Positions 38,753-47,176 of a stretch of DNA of 64,000 nucleotides are shown here, one piece after another. Source of the stretch: Microbacteriaceae bacterium (GTDB taxonomy: Bacteria > Actinomycetota > Actinomycetes > Actinomycetales > Microbacteriaceae); contig JBIILU010000002.1 in NCBI GenBank assembly GCA_044338315.1, forward strand, positions 15,987 through 79,986. Direction: 5' to 3'. The notes under the pieces were generated by a model, which saw nothing but the letters and a program-made list of their open reading frames with translations, had not been told where the DNA came from and made no database searches. The translations under genes were made by a program, and so were the position numbers. Within the stretch, counting starts at the first letter, position 1; the number at the start of each line of letters is the position of its first letter.

Positions 38753-40237
38753 ATGGTGCAAACGACGGGGCCAGCGCCCTCCTTTGGATTCAATGACGAC
38801 GACCCGACGGCTTTCGGGCTCGATGCGAACCGCGGATACGATGGGCCGACCCGCACCGAACACGACTCACTCGGCACGATGGAAGTTCCGGCCGACGCGT
38901 ACTGGGGAATCCACACCGCTCGCGCGCTGCACAACTTTCCCATCACCCGCCGCGCCCTCTCGAACTATCCCGACCTCGTGCGCGCGCTGGTGCGCGTCAA
39001 GCACGCGGCGGCCCTCGCCAACAAAGAAATCGGTGTTCTCGATGCCGCGAAGGCCGACCTCATCGTCGAGGTCTGCGAAGAAATTTATGGCGGAATGTTG
39101 CACGACCAATTCGTGCTGGGGGTCCTTCAGGGTGGTGCCGGAACATCGACCAACATGTCGACCAACGAAATCATCGCCAACCGCTGCCTCGAAAAGATGG
39201 GTCACGTCAAGGGCGACTACCAACACATGCACCCCATCGACGACGTCAACCGGTCACAGTCGACCAACGACACCTACCCCACATCGATCAAACTGGCGAT
39301 GGTGTACGGACTGCAAAAACTGCTGGTCGAACACGACCTGCTGACCAAAGCCTTCGACGCCAAGGGCACCGAGTTCGCACACATCATGAAGATCGGCCGC
39401 ACCCAGATGCAAGACGCCGTGCCCATGACCCTCGGTCAGGAATTCCACGGCTGGGGAACGACCATGCGCGAAGACCAAGACCGACTGTCGGAAATCATCC
39501 CGTGGCTGTGCGAAACGAACCTGGGCGCAACCGCCATCGGCACAGGTATCACCGCCGACCCCGGCTACACCAAAGCCGCCGCGAAGCACCTTGCGGCCAT
39601 CACCGGCCTTCCTGTCGTAACAGCACCCGACCTCATCGAGGCCACCAGCGACACGGGAATCTTCATGACCGTGTCCGGAACGCTGAAGCGCGCAGCGGTC
39701 AAACTGTCAAAAATCTGTAACGACCTGCGCCTGCTGTCGTCCGGCCCGCAGGCGGGCTTCGGCGAGATTCGTCTGCCCGCCAAGCAGGCCGGGTCCAGCA
39801 TCATGCCCGGCAAGGTCAACCCCGTCATCCCCGAGGTCGTCAACCAGGTCGCCTACGCCGTCATCGGTGCCGACGCGACGGTGACCGCCGCTTCCGAAGC
39901 TGGCCAGTTGCAGTTGAACGCGTTCGAGCCCGTCATCGCCTCCAGCATTCTGCAGTCACTCGCGTGGATGACGAACGCCTGCCGCACCCTGCGCATCAAC
40001 TGTGTTGACGGCATCGAAGCGAACGAAGATCGCCTCGCCGCCATGGTCGCCTCGAGCGTTGGTGTCATCACCGCATTGATTCCGGTTATCGGATACGAAG
40101 AGGCCGCCAAGCTAGCGAAGAAGGCCCTCGAAACCGGCGCACCGATTCGCGATTTGGTTGTCGACGCAGGCTTGATGTCGGCAGACGAGGTCGATGCTGC
40201 TCTCGCCCCCGAGAAACTCAGCAACTCAAAAATCTAA
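38753..40237 (+). CDS. aspA: Aspartate ammonia-lyase (class II fumarase/aspartase family)
   Basis: ATG 38753, RTEHDSLGTMEVPADAYWGIHTARALHNFPIT, signature GSSIMPGKVNP. The 318-codon Arg/Pro-rich upstream extension of ORF 37799.. is rejected. Confidence 0.9.
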   Translation: MVQTTGPAPSFGFNDDDPTAFGLDANRGYDGPTRTEHDSLGTMEVPADAYWGIHTARALHNFPITRRALSNYPDLVRALVRVKHAAALANKEIGVLDAAKADLIVEVCEEIYGGMLHDQFVLGVLQGGAGTSTNMSTNEIIANRCLEKMGHVKGDYQHMHPIDDVNRSQSTNDTYPTSIKLAMVYGLQKLLVEHDLLTKAFDAKGTEFAHIMKIGRTQMQDAVPMTLGQEFHGWGTTMREDQDRLSEIIPWLCETNLGATAIGTGITADPGYTKAAAKHLAAITGLPVVTAPDLIEATSDTGIFMTVSGTLKRAAVKLSKICNDLRLLSSGPQAGFGEIRLPAKQAGSSIMPGKVNPVIPEVVNQVAYAVIGADATVTAASEAGQLQLNAFEPVIASSILQSLAWMTNACRTLRINCVDGIEANEDRLAAMVASSVGVITALIPVIGYEEAAKLAKKALETGAPIRDLVVDAGLMSADEVDAALAPEKLSNSKI

Positions 40238-41016
40238 GGGCTGCGCTCTCGAAGTCGGCGAGAACGCTCGTTCACGTCAGCCGAATCGCCAAAACAGGCA
40301 TCGAGTGCATCAGCCACGGTTGAAGCACCGTGGGTTCGAGCAGCGTCGTCGTCAGCGGCGAGTTCTGTGCTAATTCTCATCGCTTGAGCAAACTTTCGGC
40401 TCGCGGGGATTCCTGCGGCCGCCACCATAGCCAAGTGAGCTGCCGCGAGCAGTGCGTGGTGTCGATTGGAAATGTGTGATTGCTCGTGCGACAGTGCTGC
40501 TCGTTGAAGTCGTTCGGGGACGGAGTTGACGAAACCCGTGCTGACAATGATGTCGTTAGTGTGGGGGATTGCGGTCACGACGATCGACGGTTCGTCGACG
40601 ATATTGACGGGTCGACCAGCGACGATACCTGATGCACTTGTTTCCAGGAATTTGGAGAGCGCTCGTTGGCCTTCTCGCTGTTCTCCTTGAATTGCTGAAA
40701 CCCCGGCACCGAGCCGGAAAATGATGATTCCGAGAAAAGCGACAGCGGCCCACGCGAGCAGTGTTTGTGTGACGCTACTGAGCCATTCATCGGAGCGTGT
40801 AGTCGAGCCGTATCCCGTTAGTCCATCTGCAATTAGTAGTCCAGAGCCGACAGTCAGCGTGAACAATGCGGTGACGAGTGCATCGAGCCAGATAAAAATG
40901 TGGAACCTCGGATATCTTGAGATGAGGTGAGGTGAGTTGAGAATCCTCGGTGCTGTAACAGTGATTGCAAAGTAGAGCACGAGTAAGGCGATCCCGCCCC
41001 ATTCGATGTCTAGCAC
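40234..41016 (-). CDS. M56-family (BlaR1-like) membrane metalloprotease without sensor domain
   Basis: 260 aa with several TMs and an HEQSH (HExxH) motif. Located immediately downstream of the BlaI-family repressor. Confidence 0.8.
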   Translation of the reverse strand: MLDIEWGGIALLVLYFAITVTAPRILNSPHLISRYPRFHIFIWLDALVTALFTLTVGSGLLIADGLTGYGSTTRSDEWLSSVTQTLLAWAAVAFLGIIIFRLGAGVSAIQGEQREGQRALSKFLETSASGIVAGRPVNIVDEPSIVVTAIPHTNDIIVSTGFVNSVPERLQRAALSHEQSHISNRHHALLAAAHLAMVAAAGIPASRKFAQAMRISTELAADDDAARTHGASTVADALDACFGDSADVNERSRRLRERSP

Positions 41017-41023
41017 GGTCTAG

Positions 41024-41377
41024 TTAGCTGTCAAGTGCCGCGCGGAGAAGTGCACGGTCCTCGTCAGTGAGGTTCCCCGCGAAGTTCAGGAGAAGCAATT
41101 CGCGGTTGCTAGCGTTATGTAACGAGCGGGACATCGCTCCTGCAAGGGTCTCTTCTCGCGGATACGCAGCCTCATACCGGTACCCTCTACCGTCGTTCTT
41201 TTCCCGAATGACCATTCCCTTCTCGCGCATGCGTTCAAGGACCGTAACAACTGTCGTAGCCACCGGAATGGGTTCGTTGAAACAACCTCTAATCTCGGTG
41301 GACGTCAACCCAGCGGGGTTGTCCCAAATGATGTCCATAAGTTCGGCTTCGAGTTCGCCGCGCTTTCGTTGGGCCAC
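41024..41377 (-). CDS. BlaI/MecI/CopY-family transcriptional repressor
   Basis: 117 aa. Winged-helix MAQRKRGELEAELMDIIWDNPAGLTSTEIRGCF..VATTVVTVLERMREKGMV. Confidence 0.88.
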   Translation of the reverse strand: MAQRKRGELEAELMDIIWDNPAGLTSTEIRGCFNEPIPVATTVVTVLERMREKGMVIREKNDGRGYRYEAAYPREETLAGAMSRSLHNASNRELLLLNFAGNLTDEDRALLRAALDS

Positions 41378-41390
41378 GCGTGCCTCCTGT

Positions 41391-41441
41391 TTCTACATTC
41401 CGTAGAATGAGTGTATTCTCTACGTGATGTAGAAATTCTAC
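41391..41441. promoter_or_regulatory. Cluster of TTCTAC/GTAGAA inverted repeats (candidate BlaI-family operators) in the divergent promoter region
   Basis: TTCTAC-ATTCC-GTAGAA (41391-41407), TCTAC-GTGAT-GTAGAA (41419-41434) and GTAGAA-A-TTCTAC (41429-41441). This gives five half-sites in 51 bp, starting 14 nt upstream of the repressor start. Confidence 0.5.
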
Positions 41442-41464
41442 ACAATAGTCAGAATAGGAATGCT

Positions 41465-42001
41465 ATGTTTCGTAAACTCATCGCCAGCGGTGTTGCTGCT
41501 GTCGCACTCATCGCAACGCTGACAGCGTGTGCTGCCCCAGTCGACGATCACGCGGGCCACGACCACGCCTCAGCGTTGACCGTCACCGATGTCTGGGTGA
41601 AGGCAGTCCCCGACCTCGGTGAGATGCCCATGACCGGAGCTTTCATGGTCATCGAAAACACGAGCGACGAAGACCTCTACATCACCGGTGGAACCGATTC
41701 ATCGGGAATCACCGAGATGCCCCTTGAAGCACACGAAGTTGTGATGGACGACTCTGGTGAGATGGTGATGCAGGTTGTCGACGGAGGCATCAAGATTCCC
41801 GCTGGCGAAAGCGTCCAACTAATGCCAGGTGGCTACCACATCATGTATCTCATGATGATGAAGCCCATTGCAGTAGGCGACACAATCACCTTTACGCTCA
41901 ATGTCAGCGACGGAAGCACCCTGGAACTTAGTGCAATCGCGATGACCCTCGAAGGCGGCGTAGAAGAATACGTGCCCGAGGGCGAAGGCATGGACGGCTA
42001 A
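41465..42001 (+). CDS. PCu(A)C-type (DUF461) extracytoplasmic copper chaperone lipoprotein
   Basis: MFRKLIASGVAAVALIATLTAC (lipobox), a His-rich HAGHDH and the Met/His motif LMPGGYHIMYLMMMKP. Confidence 0.8.
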   Translation: MFRKLIASGVAAVALIATLTACAAPVDDHAGHDHASALTVTDVWVKAVPDLGEMPMTGAFMVIENTSDEDLYITGGTDSSGITEMPLEAHEVVMDDSGEMVMQVVDGGIKIPAGESVQLMPGGYHIMYLMMMKPIAVGDTITFTLNVSDGSTLELSAIAMTLEGGVEEYVPEGEGMDG

Positions 42002-42006
42002 AACTC

Positions 42007-43224
42007 GTGACAAACGACACCGGCTCTCACGCAGGAATTTCGCGACGCGATCTTTTCGTGGGGGCCGGTGTTGCCGTCGGGGCGACCGCCGTAACCGCCG
42101 CATCCGCATCCGCAATTGCTGCCGAGACTGCCCGGATGGCAGCAACTTCCGTCGGTGACGCAACCGAACCCTTTTACGGTCCGAATCAGGCGGGTATCCG
42201 CACCGACCATCAATCGCACGGCACTTTCGCAGCGTTTACGCTCACCGACGAAGCTAATCGAAACTCACTCGCGGGGGTCATGAAGGTCGCCACAATTGAA
42301 GCGTCACGGTTGTGTAAAGGTCAAGCGGGAATGTCCGACACCGACCCAACTCTCGCTGGGCACCCGGCACGTCTCACAATTACGTTCGGCTTTGGACATG
42401 GATTTTTCGAGCGTGCAGGACTGACGAGTCTCACGCCCGCAGGTTTTGAAAAACTGCCCGCCTTCAGGATCGACGAACTTGTGCCTGAATACAGCGGTGG
42501 CGACTTGCTCATACACATTGGAACAGACGATCCAATGACAATGGCACACGCTCTACGCCATATGAGCAGAGTTGTCGCATCGGTCGCTGTGCCTCACTAC
42601 TCGCAGGTGGGATTCGTCCGAGCGAACGGTTCATCCCCTCGCGGCGAAACGCCTCGCAACCTTATGGGGCAAAAAGACGGCACAGAAAACCCACGCGACG
42701 ATGTCGCATTCGATTCCCGGGTCTGGGCAGGTTCCGATGCGGGGTGGTTCGAAGGCGGAACTCAGCTCGTTATTCGTCGAATCGCCATGGCGCTGGACAC
42801 GTGGGATCTTCTAGGGCCCTCGGATAAAGAAGCGGCAATTGGTAGACGGCTTGAGTCAGGCGCACCGTTGACCGGAAACAAAGAATTTGATGCACCGGAT
42901 TTCTCAGCAAGTCTCGACAACGGGTTGCCGGTGATTCCCGACTTTTCCCACATTCGTCGCGCACATTCACCCGACGAAGCGTTCAAGATACTGCGACGCC
43001 CGCTCAACTACAACGACGGTTTTAAGCCTGACGGTTCACCCGATGCAGGCCTCATTTTCGCGGCTTACACGACCAACATCGCGACACGATTCGTTCCTCT
43101 GCAACAACGACTTGCCGACATGGACATACTCAATGTGTGGACAACCCCCATCGGATCATCCGAATTTGTCATCCCGCCCGGCTGCCTTCGCGGTGGCTAC
43201 ATCGGAGAGACGCTGCTTGACTAG
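42007..43224 (+). CDS. Tat-exported DyP-type peroxidase (EfeB/DtpA-like)
   Basis: Twin-arginine signal SRRDLFVGAGVAVGATAVTAASASA. 405 aa with DyP-family layout. Follows the copper chaperone by 5 nt. Confidence 0.87.
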   Translation: MTNDTGSHAGISRRDLFVGAGVAVGATAVTAASASAIAAETARMAATSVGDATEPFYGPNQAGIRTDHQSHGTFAAFTLTDEANRNSLAGVMKVATIEASRLCKGQAGMSDTDPTLAGHPARLTITFGFGHGFFERAGLTSLTPAGFEKLPAFRIDELVPEYSGGDLLIHIGTDDPMTMAHALRHMSRVVASVAVPHYSQVGFVRANGSSPRGETPRNLMGQKDGTENPRDDVAFDSRVWAGSDAGWFEGGTQLVIRRIAMALDTWDLLGPSDKEAAIGRRLESGAPLTGNKEFDAPDFSASLDNGLPVIPDFSHIRRAHSPDEAFKILRRPLNYNDGFKPDGSPDAGLIFAAYTTNIATRFVPLQQRLADMDILNVWTTPIGSSEFVIPPGCLRGGYIGETLLD

Positions 43225-43336
43225 GGCGTTTGCTCTGAATCTGCTAAGGTTGTGAAGTTGCCGTGAATCGGCCGCGGATTGAGAGAGTTCGACCACACCG
43301 GTTGGACGCCGCGCAGCGAACCGAAGGGACTGAACA

Positions 43337-43606
43337 ATGGCACTTGATCTTGCTATCAAGAACGAAATCATCAAAGAGTACGCAACTCACGACGGTGACA
43401 CCGGTTCACCCGAGGTTCAGGTTGCCATGCTCACCAAGCGCATCCAAGACTTGACCGAGCACCTCAAGGAGCACAAGCACGACCACCACTCGCGTCGTGG
43501 ACTTCTGCTGCTCGTCGGTCGTCGTCGTCGTCTGCTCGGCTACCTTTCCGGTGTCGACATCAGCCGTTACCGTGCGCTCATCGAGCGCCTCGGCATCCGA
43601 CGCTAA
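43337..43606 (+). CDS. rpsO: 30S ribosomal protein S15
   Basis: 89 aa, [57 protein letters not shown]. Confidence 0.97.
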   Translation: MALDLAIKNEIIKEYATHDGDTGSPEVQVAMLTKRIQDLTEHLKEHKHDHHSRRGLLLLVGRRRRLLGYLSGVDISRYRALIERLGIRR

Positions 43607-43616
43607 GTTTTCACCC

Positions 43617-43644
43617 GAAAAGGTCCGGTTCGCCGGGCCTTTTC
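43617..43644 (+). terminator. rpsO terminator / start of pnp leader hairpin
   Basis: GAAAAGGTCCGG-TTCG-CCGGGCCTTTTC (12-bp stem, one G.U, UUCG loop), 11 nt after the rpsO stop. Confidence 0.6.
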
Positions 43645-43890
43645 GCATTTACCGACGAAAAGTCGACCCGTCTGTTACCCTTTAAGTGAGCACGGCGCAT
43701 ATGCGTTGGTTTCCGGTGGTGATTTCCCGAACGTTTCGGTCGGTGAATTTCTACTGGTGGCCAGCTAGCCGGACTCCCACATGGGGAGTGTGCGCTATGT
43801 ATGTTGGTCCGTTTGCTCGAAGTGAAGTAAAAACCCACGCCCACACGGGGTGCGGGTTGCAGGTATGTATATGTAGAGGAGTAAAGACCT
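43645..43890 (+). promoter_or_regulatory. Structured pnp 5' leader (candidate autoregulatory region)
   Basis: A 246-nt non-coding gap before pnp with several hairpins (e.g. ACTCCC-ACAT-GGGAGT, ACCCACGCCC-ACAC-GGGGTGCGGGT). The only ORF here (43686..43904) is Cys/Trp-rich and implausible. Confidence 0.4.
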
Positions 43891-46149
43891 ATGGAAGGTC
43901 CTGAAATCAAGTTCGCCGAGGCCGTTATCGATAACGGCAAGTTCGGTAAGCGAATCGTCCGTTTTGAAACGGGCCGTTTGGCGCAGCAGGCACAGGGTGC
44001 CGTTGCCGCCTACCTCGATGAGGAAACAATGATCCTGAGCGCAACGAGCGCCAGCAAGCAGCCGCGCGAAGGGTTTGACTTCTTCCCGCTCACGGTGGAC
44101 GTCGAAGAGCGTTCATACGCCGCGGGAAAAATCCCGGGCTCGTTCTTCCGTCGCGAAGGTCGCCCGTCGACCGAAGCGATCCTCGTCTGCCGTCTGATCG
44201 ACCGCCCGTTGCGTCCGTCGTTCGTCGACGGCCTGCGTAACGAGGTCCAGATCGTCATCACCGTTTTGTCGATTGCACCGGGTGAGTACTACGACGCCCT
44301 TGCAATCAACGCCGCGTCGGCATCGACCCAGATTTCGGGCCTCCCGTTCTCGGGACCGATCGCCGGTGTCCGCATGGTTCTCATCGACGGAAACTGGGTC
44401 GCATTCCCCAACGCCACGCAGGTGTCCGAAGCCGTCTTCGACCTCGTCGTCGCCGGCCGTTTGGTCAAGGACAAGAACGGCGTCGAAGACGTCGCCATCA
44501 TGATGGTGGAAGCGGAAGCGACCGAAGGGTCGTGGAACCTCATCCAGGCCGGTGGCATCAAGCCCGACGAGGCAATCGTCGAGCAGGGCCTCGAAGCGTC
44601 GAAGAAGTACATCACCGAACTCGTTCGCGCCCAGGAGAAGCTCGCCGCACAGTCGGCGAAGGAAATCCAGCCGTACCCCGTGTTCTCGGACTACAGCGAC
44701 GCAACGCTTGCCGCCGTCAAGGAACTCGCGGAAAAGGAACTGACCGCGGTTTACCAGATCGCCGACAAGGTCGAACGACAGAACGCCGACGACGCACTGA
44801 AGGACCGCGTCAAGGTTGCCGTCGCCGCCAAGGTCGAGGCTGGCGACTTGCCCGCCGAATCCAACGGTCAGGTTTCCGCAGCGTACAAGTCAGTCACCAA
44901 GAAGATTGTGCGAAACCGCATCCTCACCGACGGCATTCGCATCGACGGCCGCAACAAGACGCAGATCCGTTCGCTCGACGCCGAAGTTTCGGTCATCCCG
45001 CGCGTCCACGGCTCGGCGATCTTCCAGCGCGGAGAAACCCAGATCCTGGGAATCACCACACTGAACATGCTCAAGATGGAACAGCAGATCGATTCGCTGA
45101 ACCCCATCACGTCCAAGCGCTACATGCACCACTACAACTTCCCGCCATATTCGACCGGTGAAACGGGTCGCGTCGGTTCGCCGAAGCGTCGCGAGATCGG
45201 GCACGGCTTCCTCGCCGAGCGCGCACTCGTCCCCGTTCTGCCCACGCGTGAAGAGTTCCCCTACGCGATTCGTCAGGTCTCGGAAGCTCTGAGCTCCAAC
45301 GGTTCGACGTCGATGGGTTCGGTGTGTGCGTCAACGCTCGCGCTGCTTAACGCCGGTGTGCCGCTGCGCGCACCAGTTGCCGGAATCGCGATGGGTCTCG
45401 TCTCTGACGAGGTCGACGGCGAAACCCGTTACGCAACGCTGACCGACATCCTCGGAGCCGAAGACGCCCTCGGCGACATGGACTTCAAGGTCGCCGGAAC
45501 GAAGGACTTCATCACCGCGATTCAGCTCGACACCAAGCTCGACGGAATCCCGGCATCGGTTCTGGCCGGTGCGTTGACTCAGGCGCGCGATGCTCGCCTC
45601 GAGATCCTCGACGTCCTCAACGAAGCAATCGACGGACCCGACGAGATGGCCCCGACCGCGCCCCGCGTGATCTCGGTGCAGATCCCCGTCGACAAGATCG
45701 GTGAACTCATCGGACCGAAGGGCAAGACGATCAACTCCATCCAGGACGAGACCGGTGCCCAGATTTCGATCGAGGAAGACGGAACCGTTTACATCGGTTC
45801 GAACGACGGCCCCTCGGCCGAAGCCGCTCGTGATCGCGTCAACCAGATCGCCAACCCGATCAACCCCGAGGTTGGTGAGCAGTTCCTCGGAACCGTCGTC
45901 AAGCTCGCGACGTTCGGTGCGTTCGTCTCCCTGCTCCCGGGCAAGGACGGCCTGCTGCACATCTCCGAGCTGCGCAAGCTCGCCGGTGGCAAGCGCGTCG
46001 AAAACGCCGAGGACGTCCTCTCGGTCGGCCAGAAGGTGCTCGTCGAAATCGCCAAAATCGATGACCGTGGCAAGCTCTCGCTTGTTCCAGTCGTCGAAGG
46101 CGACGAGGGCGCTGCAGCCGACGATGACGGCGAAGGCGAAGACGCTTAA
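43891..46149 (+). CDS. pnp: Polyribonucleotide nucleotidyltransferase (PNPase)
   Basis: 752 aa with two RNase PH-like halves plus C-terminal KH ([20 protein letters not shown]) and S1 ([27 protein letters not shown]) domains. Confidence 0.97.
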   Translation: MEGPEIKFAEAVIDNGKFGKRIVRFETGRLAQQAQGAVAAYLDEETMILSATSASKQPREGFDFFPLTVDVEERSYAAGKIPGSFFRREGRPSTEAILVCRLIDRPLRPSFVDGLRNEVQIVITVLSIAPGEYYDALAINAASASTQISGLPFSGPIAGVRMVLIDGNWVAFPNATQVSEAVFDLVVAGRLVKDKNGVEDVAIMMVEAEATEGSWNLIQAGGIKPDEAIVEQGLEASKKYITELVRAQEKLAAQSAKEIQPYPVFSDYSDATLAAVKELAEKELTAVYQIADKVERQNADDALKDRVKVAVAAKVEAGDLPAESNGQVSAAYKSVTKKIVRNRILTDGIRIDGRNKTQIRSLDAEVSVIPRVHGSAIFQRGETQILGITTLNMLKMEQQIDSLNPITSKRYMHHYNFPPYSTGETGRVGSPKRREIGHGFLAERALVPVLPTREEFPYAIRQVSEALSSNGSTSMGSVCASTLALLNAGVPLRAPVAGIAMGLVSDEVDGETRYATLTDILGAEDALGDMDFKVAGTKDFITAIQLDTKLDGIPASVLAGALTQARDARLEILDVLNEAIDGPDEMAPTAPRVISVQIPVDKIGELIGPKGKTINSIQDETGAQISIEEDGTVYIGSNDGPSAEAARDRVNQIANPINPEVGEQFLGTVVKLATFGAFVSLLPGKDGLLHISELRKLAGGKRVENAEDVLSVGQKVLVEIAKIDDRGKLSLVPVVEGDEGAAADDDGEGEDA

Positions 46150-46164
46150 GTAATGCTCAAAGAG

Positions 46165-46203
46165 TTTGGGGCGGGTCTTCGGACTCGCCCCAAATTTTTT
46201 TTT
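46165..46203 (+). terminator. Intrinsic terminator of pnp
   Basis: TTTGGGGCGGGTC-TTCG-GACTCGCCCCAAA followed by a run of nine T (46195-46203). Confidence 0.85.
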
Positions 46204-46336
46204 GCGCGCGATATTTAGTTTTCGAAATGTTTGCGCTATGTTCGGAATGCACGGGGAAAGGTTTCCGTGTTAGGGGGTCACCCCGCTGGGCTTGACGCCA
46301 CCAGGCGACCTGCTCCGCTAAACCGAAAGGTTATTT
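46204..46336 (+). promoter_or_regulatory. AT-rich promoter region upstream of the rhodopsin gene
   Basis: Locally AT-rich sequence (gatatttagttttcgaaatgtttgcgctatgttcggaatg) with the palindrome TTTCGAAA at 46220-46227. SD-like AAAGG lies 7 nt before GTG 46337. No promoter elements are assigned with confidence. Confidence 0.3.
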
Positions 46337-47122
46337 GTGAACACTCTGTCATCACTGTTGGACAACAACCAGTTCAACCTTGTCTACAACATGTTGTCGC
46401 TGGGTATCGCGAGCATGCTCTTCACGACGGTTTTCCTCTTCGTCGCGCGTGAGCGTGTAGCACCCCGCTACCGCATGGCCGTTATGGTGTCGGGAACGGT
46501 TACCGCAATTGCTGCGTACCACTACTTCCGCATGTTCGATTCCTTTAACCACGCATTCGCTGGCCTCGAAGGAAACAACGCTGACGCCTACAACGTTGGA
46601 TACCGTTACGTCGACTGGCTCCTCACGGTGCCGCTGCTTCTCGTCGAAATCGTTGCCGTTCTCGGCCTGGCCCGTGCGATTCAAGCATCGTTGCTGAACC
46701 GCCTCGTTCCTGCCGCTGCTGCGATGATCCTCCTGGGTTACCCCGGAGACGCAAAGCTCGACATCTTCGGCCTTGCACCCAGCATTTGGGGCGCACTGTC
46801 GACGATTCCTTTCCTCTACATCCTGTACGTGCTCTTCGTTGAGATGGGCAAGAGCCTCTCGCGTCAGTCCGCACCGGTCCAGAAGAAGATCAAGCAGCTC
46901 CGCCTGTTGCTCCTCGCAACATGGGGCGTTTACCCCATCACGTTCATCCTCGCGATGAACAGCACCGGGTTCAACGCTGACGAGGTTGTTGCTCGCGAAA
47001 TCGGTTACTCCATTGCCGACATCCTCGCGAAGTGCCTCTTCGGTCTCGTCATCTTCTCGATCGCCCGCATCAAGTCGGCCGAGGATGACAAGGAATTCGC
47101 CAAGGCTGAATTCCGCGACTAA
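46337..47122 (+). CDS. Actinorhodopsin / xanthorhodopsin-like light-driven proton pump
   Basis: 261 aa, 7 TM. RYVDWLLTVPLLLVE matches proteorhodopsin RYIDWLLTVPLLICE (D-T-E motif, Leu at the spectral-tuning position). Schiff-base Lys in SIADILAKCLFG. Confidence 0.92.
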   Translation: MNTLSSLLDNNQFNLVYNMLSLGIASMLFTTVFLFVARERVAPRYRMAVMVSGTVTAIAAYHYFRMFDSFNHAFAGLEGNNADAYNVGYRYVDWLLTVPLLLVEIVAVLGLARAIQASLLNRLVPAAAAMILLGYPGDAKLDIFGLAPSIWGALSTIPFLYILYVLFVEMGKSLSRQSAPVQKKIKQLRLLLLATWGVYPITFILAMNSTGFNADEVVAREIGYSIADILAKCLFGLVIFSIARIKSAEDDKEFAKAEFRD

Positions 47123-47135
47123 ATCGCACAAGTTG

Positions 47136-47159
47136 GGGGCGGGCCTTCGGGTCCGCCCC
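47136..47159. terminator. Bidirectional hairpin terminator between rhodopsin and the convergent peptidase gene
   Basis: GGGGCGGGCC-TTCG-GGTCCGCCCC followed by TTTCTTCG. Arms and loop closely resemble the pnp terminator. Confidence 0.7.
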
Positions 47160-47176
47160 TTTCTTCGTTAAAGGGG

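Noticed and set aside
43686-43904. 72-aa ORF inside the rpsO-pnp leader
   Set aside because: It is Cys/Trp/Arg-rich, has no SD and runs into the pnp start. The region is better explained as a structured 5' leader.
46352-47131. 259-aa minus-strand ORF antisense to the rhodopsin gene
   Set aside because: The plus-strand frame carries all rhodopsin signature residues and seven hydrophobic helices. The antisense frame is charged low complexity.
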